NCBI GenBank assembly: GCA_003171315.1
Contig: PMYE01000174.1
Span: 7,367-71,366, forward strand
DNA length: 64,000 nucleotides
Direction: 5' to 3'
Origin: Acidobacteriaceae bacterium
GTDB taxonomy: Bacteria > Acidobacteriota > Terriglobia > Terriglobales > Acidobacteriaceae
A program made the position numbers and the translations under genes. A model generated the notes under the pieces. The model worked only from the letters and a program-made list of their open reading frames with translations. It had not been told where the DNA came from and ran no database searches. Positions 56,701 through 64,000 of this stretch are shown one piece after another (the first letter of the stretch is position 1; each line of letters opens with the position of its first letter).

Positions 56701-58983
56701 TCAGAACTCGTCATACGCAATTTGCCCCGCCGGTACGCCGATCGACCCGAGCATCCGGTTGCAGGCTTTGATCATCATGGGCGGCCCGCAAAGGTAATAT
56801 TCAACTGCTTCAGGGTTGGGGTGATCGCGCAGGTATTGTTCCAGCACGACCTCATGAATCATGCCCACATGGCCGGTCCAGTTGTCTTCGGCGAGCGGCG
56901 ACGAAAGCGCGAGATGGAAGGAAAAGTTCTTATGGCCTGCCTCCAGAGTACGGAAGTACTCTTCGTAAAAAATCTCTTGCCGCGAGCGCGCGCCATACCA
57001 GTAGCTGATCTTCCGCGCTGTGTTTCCGTTTTCAAGCAAGTGCGAAAGATGCGCGCGCAGCGGAGCCATGCCCGCCCCGCCGCCGATGTACACCATTTCG
57101 TGTTGCGTCGGCTTGATATGAAAGTCGCCGAACGGGCCGATCGCTGAAACCGTGTCGCCGGGCTTGAGGCTGAAGGCGTAACTCGATCCCACACCGGGCG
57201 CGCAGTCCTGTCCTGGCGGCGGCGTCGCGATGCGCACATTGAACCTCAGGCATCGCTCCGTGAGCGGGTTGCCGGCAAGCGAGTAGTTGTTGCGCCGGCC
57301 CGGTTGCGGATTTCGCGCCGCCAGATCGAAAACGTGCTGGTTCTTCCACACCGTGGCGAACGGCTCGGGGATGTCGAACTCGCGGAAGCGGATCGAGTCG
57401 TAGGCGGGGATGTCGAGCTGCAGATAGTCGCCCGGCGCGAACGCCACGGCGCCGGCGCCGTTCTCCGGCTCCAGCACCAGTTCCTTGATAAACGTCGCCA
57501 CGCTGTTGTTGCTCACCACGCGGAACCGGAAGGTGGTCTGCGCGCGAGCTCCGTCGCCGCCCGCATGAATCACATCCACCAAGATGCGGCCGTCGCGCTC
57601 CGCCACCGGATACGTCGCCAATCCACGGCAGATCGGCGCGCGGGCCGGCGAGCCATCGATCAGATGGAACCGCCCGTTATGCTTCGGGCACTCGATGATC
57701 CCGCCCTTCACCAGGCCGTCGGCGAGATGTGTGTTGCCGTGCGTGCAGTGCCCGTCGGTGGCGTAGAGCCGTCCGTCTTCATCCCTGTAAACCGCGTAGG
57801 TTTTTCTCGCATGATCGAACCGCACCACATCCGCGCGCCGCAAATCGCTCGCGACGCATACTTGAACCCAACCCGCTGCGTCGGGCTGGGCCTCGGACGC
57901 AAAGCACGCCTCGCGCGTGCGCGCCTTCGGCTCCGGCAGGCGCCGCTTTACGTGATACGCGGGGTCCTTCATCTGCTTTCTTATCGTCGGAATAATCTCG
58001 CTCCATGCGTTAAAGATGCTGGAGTATGGTGTCGGGCAGTCATCCTTGACTACCTCGTGCAGCCGCGGCAGTGCGTGGTAAGGCACCAGCGGAAACATGT
58101 GGTGCTCCACGTGGTAGTTCATGTTCCAGTAGAGAAACCTGTGCACCGGATTCATGTACACCGTGCGGCAGTTCAGCCGGTGATCGAGCACGTTCTCCGC
58201 CAGCCCCGCATGTTGCGTGTACCCGTACACCGGCATCAGCCAACTGCCGAAGAAATTCGTAAACCCTACCAGGAACAGCGGCAGAAAACTGCGCTCATAA
58301 ATCGAAAACGCAATTACGCTCAAATAAATCGCCGCATACACCCGCGCTGTCCAGTAAATGCGGTTGAACTGGCTCTCCGGAATGAACGTCTTTTCCACGA
58401 CCGACATGCGCCCGAAGCAATGCATGACGACCGCCTTGAAATATGCCGGATAACTTTGCACATTGAAGAACGGCGCAATCACTTTCCACAAAACCGGCGG
58501 CCGCGGCACCGCGATCTCGGGATCGCGGCCCACGATGATGGTGTCGCTGTGGTGCCGGTTGTGGCTCCAGCGCCACACGGTCGACTCGCGCATCACCATG
58601 AACGAGGCGATCTCGTACAGCGCGTTGTTCATCCAGTCGGTTTTGAACGCGGTGCCGTGCCCGGCCTCGTGCCAGCGCGAATCGGAAGTCGAGGCGTAGA
58701 GCACGGCGTAGATCGCGTACGGCAGAATCGCCCACCACGTGCCCCACAGCGCCCACGTCGCGTAGCCCGCGCCCAGGATCAGCGCGAACCACAAAATCGT
58801 GTCGCGGATGGCGGGCCCGTCGCGCCGCACCAGCAGTTCGCGCATGGCCTGGCGCGGAACCGCGCATTGGTACCAATCGGCCTCGGCGAGTCCCTTCTCA
58901 ATGGCCAAAGTGGCATTCACGCCGGTCAAACTGTAGTCGGGGTGGGGAATTGGCTTATCGAGAATCGCAGCGTTGTGACTCAT
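56701..58983 (-). CDS. fusion protein: membrane fatty-acid-desaturase-like di-iron domain + Rieske [2Fe-2S] domain + NqrF-like FAD/NAD(P)H reductase domain
   Basis: His boxes HEAGH, HNRHH and HVEHH with 4 or more TM helices. Rieske CTHGNTH...CPKHNGRF. FNR-type RNNYSLAG (RxYS), GGGAGMAPLRAH, WYGARS and CGPPMM, closely resembling the NqrF C-terminal domain. Confidence 0.9.
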   Translation of the reverse strand: MSHNAAILDKPIPHPDYSLTGVNATLAIEKGLAEADWYQCAVPRQAMRELLVRRDGPAIRDTILWFALILGAGYATWALWGTWWAILPYAIYAVLYASTSDSRWHEAGHGTAFKTDWMNNALYEIASFMVMRESTVWRWSHNRHHSDTIIVGRDPEIAVPRPPVLWKVIAPFFNVQSYPAYFKAVVMHCFGRMSVVEKTFIPESQFNRIYWTARVYAAIYLSVIAFSIYERSFLPLFLVGFTNFFGSWLMPVYGYTQHAGLAENVLDHRLNCRTVYMNPVHRFLYWNMNYHVEHHMFPLVPYHALPRLHEVVKDDCPTPYSSIFNAWSEIIPTIRKQMKDPAYHVKRRLPEPKARTREACFASEAQPDAAGWVQVCVASDLRRADVVRFDHARKTYAVYRDEDGRLYATDGHCTHGNTHLADGLVKGGIIECPKHNGRFHLIDGSPARAPICRGLATYPVAERDGRILVDVIHAGGDGARAQTTFRFRVVSNNSVATFIKELVLEPENGAGAVAFAPGDYLQLDIPAYDSIRFREFDIPEPFATVWKNQHVFDLAARNPQPGRRNNYSLAGNPLTERCLRFNVRIATPPPGQDCAPGVGSSYAFSLKPGDTVSAIGPFGDFHIKPTQHEMVYIGGGAGMAPLRAHLSHLLENGNTARKISYWYGARSRQEIFYEEYFRTLEAGHKNFSFHLALSSPLAEDNWTGHVGMIHEVVLEQYLRDHPNPEAVEYYLCGPPMMIKACNRMLGSIGVPAGQIAYDEF

Positions 58984-58992
58984 GGTGGTGGC

Positions 58993-60108
58993 TTACTCCT
59001 GAGATGCTCGGCCTGCAGTCTGCGCAGGCCCGTCTGCCGGCGAGGCCTCTGCAACGTCCACTGAAAATGCATAGGCGGTCGCGTGGCGCTGCGTTTTTCC
59101 CGGATGCAGAAGGATGCCATCGCGAAGCGAAGCATTCGACGCATCGGGGTATCCGTGGCACTCCAGGCAAAGGCCCGCGTAGGGTGCATACGCGGCACCC
59201 GATTTTCCGGCGCGATTCCCGTTGAGTTTGCTGCCGGTGTAAAGCTGCAGGTAGTCTTCCGTGGTCGATACGGTCAGCACGCGCCCGCTCGCCGCATCGC
59301 GAAGGCGGGCAGCCGGCGCCGGTACTCCCGGCGCGCGTGCCGGCAGCGCGTACAGATCCCCGTGTTGCTGGAACAGCAGCGGAATCGCGTCGCCAAGCCG
59401 CCGCGGCCGAAGGAAATCGTTGCCTTGACCGGCCGTTGCTTCAAGCCGTCCGCTCAGCGTCAGATGCTCGTCGGTGGGAACAAACTTGTTGGCGAAGATC
59501 TCCATCTGGTGGTCGGCGATTGAGCCGGAGCCTTCGCCCGCAAGGTTGAAGTAGGAGTGGTGCGCCAGGCTGAGCGGAGTCGTTCGATCGGCCGCCGCCT
59601 CCGATTCGATGAGAAACACATTCTCGTTCGTGACGGTGTAAGTGACCGTTACATGCACGTTTCCCGGATAGCCTTCTTCGCCATCGGGGCTGAAATACGC
59701 GAGACGCAACGATGGTGCGCCGTCCGCTCGTTCCAGCATCGACGCGTCCCAGATGCGCTTGTCGAACCCGCGCACTCCGCCGTGGAGATGGTTTGGCGGG
59801 TCGTTGCGGGCGAGCTGATACATCCGGCCGTCGAGCGTAAACGCAGCGCCGGTGATCCGTCCCGCCACACGGCCCGTAATCGCGCCGAAATACGGATGGC
59901 CGGCGGCGTAAAATGCAAGATCGTTGAAACCCAGCACCACGTCCTCGGCTCTTCCATCGCGCCCCGGTGCGAGCATCCGCGTCACGATCCCGCCCAGGGT
60001 GATCACTTCCAGCGCCAACCCGCCGCGGCCTTTGAGGGACCACGCAACGACTTCCTGGCCGTCCGATAAAACTCCGTAAGTTCGCGAGCTGATAGGGGAA
60101 ACCATCAT
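58993..60108 (-). CDS. galM: aldose 1-epimerase (galactose mutarotase family)
   Basis: NDPPNHLHGG...GFDKRIW...GYPGN...SLAHHSYFNL motifs typical of mutarotases. Confidence 0.85.
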   Translation of the reverse strand: MMVSPISSRTYGVLSDGQEVVAWSLKGRGGLALEVITLGGIVTRMLAPGRDGRAEDVVLGFNDLAFYAAGHPYFGAITGRVAGRITGAAFTLDGRMYQLARNDPPNHLHGGVRGFDKRIWDASMLERADGAPSLRLAYFSPDGEEGYPGNVHVTVTYTVTNENVFLIESEAAADRTTPLSLAHHSYFNLAGEGSGSIADHQMEIFANKFVPTDEHLTLSGRLEATAGQGNDFLRPRRLGDAIPLLFQQHGDLYALPARAPGVPAPAARLRDAASGRVLTVSTTEDYLQLYTGSKLNGNRAGKSGAAYAPYAGLCLECHGYPDASNASLRDGILLHPGKTQRHATAYAFSVDVAEASPADGPAQTAGRASQE

Positions 60109-60195
60109 GCAGGAACCTGCGCACTCTCACGTTACTCCCGGGTTGCCCCCGATGTCTACTCGACAAATGCTCAAGAGTTATCGTATTTTGTCCAT

Positions 60196-61101
60196 ATGTT
60201 GGCGGATTTGAAACTGAGCCGTGGATATGACGGGTTCCTCTTTCTGGCCGAATCGGCGCGCAACGTGCCCAAGCTCGATAGTCATCATCACGTGGAACTG
60301 GAGCTGAACCTTGTCGTTCGCGGATGGATCACGTATATGGTTGGCGAGCGGTGCTTCACGTTTCCTTCGCGCGCGCTGCTCTGGCTGTTTCCCGAGCAGG
60401 AACACCAATTAGTAGCGCGCTCGGCAGATGCGCAATTCTATGTCGCGGTTTTTAAGCCTTCGCTCATCGCAAAGACGTGTCGCACGCCCGCGTATGCTGA
60501 TCTCAAGCGCGGAAACTACCAGAGCCGGGCGGTTCTCAACACGCGTCTCGCGCCGGATGCCTTCGATCTCATTCGCGGCACCATGGATTCGCTCATGCAG
60601 GGCTCGCTCGATCCGGACCTGTTGAACCGCGAAGCCGGCTATGGATGGCTGTCGAGTTTTTCCTACAAGCACGACGATCCCGACGCCCTGAATGCGGGGC
60701 TGCGCCACCTCCTGCTGCTGTGTTGGCGCAGCCAGAGGACCGGCAAGGTAGAGGGCGATGCGGCGGCTCTGCACCGGGCGGTACGGCGCGCGATCCAACT
60801 CATGAGCGACGGCGAACAGGAGTTGAATCTGAGCCAACTGGCCAGGGCATGCGGCGTCGGCGAAGCGTACCTGAGCCGGATCTTCCGTAAGCAGATCGGA
60901 GTTCCGCTGAGCCACTACCGGAACTCCCTGCGTTTATCGCGATTCTGGGAAGAGTTTCACCAGTCCGAGCGGAAAACGGTGGCGGAAGCCGTCTATGCCG
61001 CCGGATTCGGCAGCTACGCGCAGTTCTACAAGGTTTTCACTCAGGCCTATGGCCAAGGCCCGCGCGCGTGCCTTGCCGCCGCTGCGCCACCGGCTCAGTA
61101 G
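60196..61101 (+). CDS. AraC family transcriptional regulator (cupin N-domain)
   Basis: C-terminal double HTH (LSQLARACGVGEAYLSRIFRKQIGVPLSHY...AGFGSYAQFYKVFTQ). It is divergent from the galM-desaturase operon. Confidence 0.88.
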   Translation: MLADLKLSRGYDGFLFLAESARNVPKLDSHHHVELELNLVVRGWITYMVGERCFTFPSRALLWLFPEQEHQLVARSADAQFYVAVFKPSLIAKTCRTPAYADLKRGNYQSRAVLNTRLAPDAFDLIRGTMDSLMQGSLDPDLLNREAGYGWLSSFSYKHDDPDALNAGLRHLLLLCWRSQRTGKVEGDAAALHRAVRRAIQLMSDGEQELNLSQLARACGVGEAYLSRIFRKQIGVPLSHYRNSLRLSRFWEEFHQSERKTVAEAVYAAGFGSYAQFYKVFTQAYGQGPRACLAAAAPPAQ

Positions 61102-61143
61102 CACCGCACACGCCGCGCATCCGACAAAATACGAACACTCTCC

Positions 61144-62505
61144 TCACACGCTCTGCTCCGGCGCCGGCTGCTGCTTCACCTTCTCCACCTGGATTTTTGC
61201 GATACGCCGGGCGTCCATCTCGACTACCGTCAGCCGCCGGTCCTCGAAGACCAGCGATTCGCCCGGCTGGGGAATGTGCCCGAGACGCGCCAACACGAAC
61301 CCGGCCAGCGTTTCCACGCCGCCGTCGCGCGGCAGGCTCCATTGCATTTGCGTTTCCAGATCGCGCAGATTCACGCTTCCATCCATCAGCACCTCCCCGC
61401 CGGCACTGCCCAGAACCGGATGCGAGGGGGTGTCGAATTCGTCCTCAAGCTCGCCCACCAGTTGCTCGATCGCGTCCTCGGCGGTTACCAGGCCCACGGT
61501 TGAGCCGTACTCGTCCACCGCGATGGCAAGATGCCTCCGGTGCTGCTTGAAGTCGCGCAGCAGGTCCAGTACGGATTTGGTTTCAGGCACAACCAGGACC
61601 TCGTGCATGATCTGCGCCAGGCGAAGCTCGGCCTGGGGCGCTGCGGGCGCGGCCGGTGACGTTCGGAAGAAAAGCAGCCGCGCCAGGTCCCGCGCATAGA
61701 CTGCGCCGACGATAAACTCAGGGCCGCGGGTTTCGTCGTAGACGGGAATGCGCGAATGGTTGCGGCCGAAAGCCCGCGAGCAGGCCTCCTGAAAGAGCAT
61801 GTTGGAAGGCAAAGAATAGATCTTCTGTCTCGGGGTCATGATCTCGCGCACGGGGACGTCGCCGAGCTCCAGCGCGCGGTGTACAAGCATCTCCTGAAAC
61901 TCGGGCAGCAGGCCCAGCCGGCGCGCCGCCGTTGTAATCAGTTTCAGCTCCTCGGCGGAGTGGATCGACGCCGCGCGCTCCGTCTTGGGAATATCGAAGC
62001 CGCGCAGCACCGCAGCCGCGGACCGGCTCAACAAGCGCACTGCGGGACGGGTCACCGCCATAAAAACCAGCATCGGCGGCGCGATGGCCACAGCCAAAGC
62101 CTCCGCGCGGCGCAGGGCCAGCGCCTTGGGCACCAGCTCGCCGGCGACGACGTGAAAATACGTGATCAGGGCAAAGCCGAGCGCTACGGCCGCCACATGG
62201 CCATAAATTTGTGCGTAAGGCAGCCCGCTCATCCAGCCAGCCAGAATCCCTGCCGCCAGCGGCTCCCCCAGCCAGCCCAGCGCCAGCGAGCAGAGCGTCA
62301 CGCCGAGCTGAACGGCAGGCAGCAGGTCGTCGAGATTGTTCTGCAGCCGCCGCACTGCCCGCGATCCGGGAACCCGCGCCGCAAGAAGCTGTTCCACGCG
62401 CGTGTCGCGGATGGAGACAAGCGCGAATTCGGCTGCCACAAAGTAGGCGTTGGCCAGAATCAGCATCGCCACGGCAACCGGTTTGAGCAGCAGAAGTTCG
62501 TGCAT
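61144..62505 (-). CDS. hemolysin/CorB-type CNNM (DUF21)-CBS-CorC_HlyC family protein
   Basis: N-terminal DUF21 membrane domain (ANAYFVAAEFALVS), CBS pair, and C-terminal CorC_HlyC (...LAGFVLARLGHIPQPGESL...). Confidence 0.88.
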   Translation of the reverse strand: MHELLLLKPVAVAMLILANAYFVAAEFALVSIRDTRVEQLLAARVPGSRAVRRLQNNLDDLLPAVQLGVTLCSLALGWLGEPLAAGILAGWMSGLPYAQIYGHVAAVALGFALITYFHVVAGELVPKALALRRAEALAVAIAPPMLVFMAVTRPAVRLLSRSAAAVLRGFDIPKTERAASIHSAEELKLITTAARRLGLLPEFQEMLVHRALELGDVPVREIMTPRQKIYSLPSNMLFQEACSRAFGRNHSRIPVYDETRGPEFIVGAVYARDLARLLFFRTSPAAPAAPQAELRLAQIMHEVLVVPETKSVLDLLRDFKQHRRHLAIAVDEYGSTVGLVTAEDAIEQLVGELEDEFDTPSHPVLGSAGGEVLMDGSVNLRDLETQMQWSLPRDGGVETLAGFVLARLGHIPQPGESLVFEDRRLTVVEMDARRIAKIQVEKVKQQPAPEQSV

Positions 62506-62635
62506 CTGGGTGAGAGGATAGCATTGGACGGCGCGTAAGAGTCACAGAGCAAAGAGCGGCTTTGCCCGCGGCGATTTTTTTGAACTGGAGAACGCTTGTG
62601 TCCGTAATACGGGTGTGGAAGAGGTAAGGATCGCT

Positions 62636-63478
62636 ATGAGACGTTTTTTTGCGGTAATGACGGTCGCTTTGGCAATGGCAATTTTGCCGGCAGCCATGGC
62701 GCGGGCAACCGAGGCAACTTTTGAACGCGACCTGGTGGTGAGCGGCAGAGTGGATCTGACCGTGACCACCGGCTCAGGCTCCATTCATCTCACCAGCGGC
62801 CCCGCGGGGCGCGTGCACGTCTTCGGGCGCGTGAAGTCGAACTGGGGCGGAAGCGACGAGAAGGTGCGCGAAATCGCCGCGCATCCACCCATCGAGCAGA
62901 CCGGCAACATCGTGCAAATCGGTGACAAACACCGGAATCTCGGCAACATCAGCATCGATTATGAAATTCAGGCGCCCCCCGGCGCCTTTCTCGACGCCGC
63001 GACCGGCTCGGGTAACCTGGCCGATGACGGCGTCGGTACGGATGCCAGGCTGAGCACGGGCTCGGGCTCGATTCGCGCTACCGGCCTGCAGGGTGGGTTC
63101 TCGCTCGAAACCGGCTCAGGCACCATCGAAGCAGAGCAGTCCGGCGCAGGCGATGTGAAGGCCGAGACAGGTTCGGGTTCGATTGCGCTGAAAAACCTGC
63201 ACGGTGGGCTGCGCGCCCGAACCGGTTCGGGCAACATCAACGTGGGCGGTATCCCGGCCGCGCCGTGGCGGATTGAAACCGGCTCGGGCAGCGTCGAGCT
63301 CGAGACAGGCAATGCCGGCCTCACGCTGGACGCCGAGACCGGCTCAGGCAGCGTTCAATGCGACCGCGAGATCGTGCCGGAGGGTACGGCGGAACGCCGC
63401 CACCTGAAGGGCAAGATCGGCGGCGGCGGGCCGATGGTCCGCGTCGAAACCGGATCGGGCAACATTCGCATCCATTAG
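62636..63478 (+). CDS. DUF4097 (putative adhesin, beta-helical repeat) domain protein, secreted
   Basis: Signal peptide MRRFFAVMTVALAMAILPAAMARA. Reiterated [TE]TGSGS[IV] strands about every 20 aa. Confidence 0.8.
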   Translation: MRRFFAVMTVALAMAILPAAMARATEATFERDLVVSGRVDLTVTTGSGSIHLTSGPAGRVHVFGRVKSNWGGSDEKVREIAAHPPIEQTGNIVQIGDKHRNLGNISIDYEIQAPPGAFLDAATGSGNLADDGVGTDARLSTGSGSIRATGLQGGFSLETGSGTIEAEQSGAGDVKAETGSGSIALKNLHGGLRARTGSGNINVGGIPAAPWRIETGSGSVELETGNAGLTLDAETGSGSVQCDREIVPEGTAERRHLKGKIGGGGPMVRVETGSGNIRIH

Positions 63479-63486
63479 CGCCCTCG

Positions 63487-64000
63487 TTACGGAATGAAGT
63501 AGTACGGGTCCGGGTACTTCACCGAGTATTCCGCCTCGGGTTTGCCCTTCAGGTCGCTCCACTGGTCTCCCACGTTGAGCGCCAGTGTGTATCCCTGCGC
63601 GGCAATCTGTCCGCGAATCATCGCTTTGAACGCGCCGGCGGTCTCCGGGCCGTGATCGGCGCAGCGCATCGTCAATTGCTGCCATTTGTGGAATCCCTGG
63701 GCGTTCAGGTTGCGTTCCGTGGCGGTGCGCTCCGTCTCGGAGCGGCCGGTGATAAAAAAGATGCTCACGCCCAGCCGCTGTGCTTCCTTGTAAATTCGCA
63801 ATGTGCCCGGAATTGCCGGAGCCTGTGCCGTTTCCACCCACGCATTGAAAATGGCAGCGTTATATGCGAAATCCGCGCCAACCTCTTCCTGGTAGTTCGA
63901 CAGCGTCGTCTCGTCGATGTCCAGAATCAGCGCCAGTTTTTCCTGTGGGCGGCGATGAGCGGCGCGCTGGCGCAGATACGCGATGGCGCGGTCTGCCTGC
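63487..64000 (-). CDS. HAD superfamily class B acid phosphatase (partial, continues past window end)
   Basis: The minus-strand frame reads ...LALILDIDETTLSNYQ...FFITGRSE...NVGDQWSDL...YYFIP. The DxDxT motif lies upstream of the Met used in the ORF track, and the frame is open to base 64000. Confidence 0.8.
   Translation of the reverse strand, partial: QADRAIAYLRQRAAHRRPQEKLALILDIDETTLSNYQEEVGADFAYNAAIFNAWVETAQAPAIPGTLRIYKEAQRLGVSIFFITGRSETERTATERNLNAQGFHKWQQLTMRCADHGPETAGAFKAMIRGQIAAQGYTLALNVGDQWSDLKGKPEAEYSVKYPDPYYFIP

Noticed and set aside
57304-59064. 586-aa plus-strand ORF
   Set aside because: It is antisense to the desaturase-Rieske-reductase fusion gene. It is Arg/His-rich and low-complexity.

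Overview
G+C-rich bacterial chromosomal segment (above 60% G+C by eye). The protein types suggest an Acidobacteriota-like soil bacterium: TonB C-terminal proteins with a PEAEFSDEARR motif, and CarboxypepD_reg, TPM and LemA envelope proteins. That placement is inference only. I support about 60 protein genes and one tRNA-Arg(ACG), and found no rRNA, CRISPR array, transposase or integrase. Most of the window is housekeeping. It holds ileS-lspA; hypA-hypB; an M1 aminopeptidase; a 4-gene envelope-glycan cluster; two tandem PTPS/QueD-family genes plus folE; truB; gcvH-gcvPA-gcvPB; and gluQ. It also holds a complete proteobacterial/mitochondrial-type ISC operon (iscR-iscS-iscU-iscA-hscB-hscA-fdx-iscX), gatB, fabD, an oligopeptidase B-like S9 peptidase, a TPM-LemA pair and a STAS/anti-sigma-kinase pair. 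Other genes include a GH127 arabinofuranosidase, an Nramp-family transporter, and an AraC-controlled operon. The strongest hunting result is a set of three intergenic hairpin elements at 23317-23477, 23941-24128 and 44925-45043. Their arm sequences are unrelated, but they share one grammar. The arms are inverted repeats built from 7-nt units, each unit carries a stop triplet so all frames are closed, and each element starts exactly at the stop codon of the upstream gene. Other notable items follow. There is a three-domain fusion of a membrane desaturase/hydroxylase, a Rieske domain and an NqrF-like reductase inside a sugar-type operon. A rhomboid homologue has all four catalytic positions substituted. 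A LysW-like acidic-tailed zinc ribbon lacks the carrier C-terminus. Small 2-TM ORFs are wedged inside the gcvP and isc operons. The Nramp has a Mg-type (NRMT-like) rather than Mn-type metal site. HscB has a mitochondrial-type zinc finger. Many long antisense ORFs in the track are G+C artefacts and were rejected.
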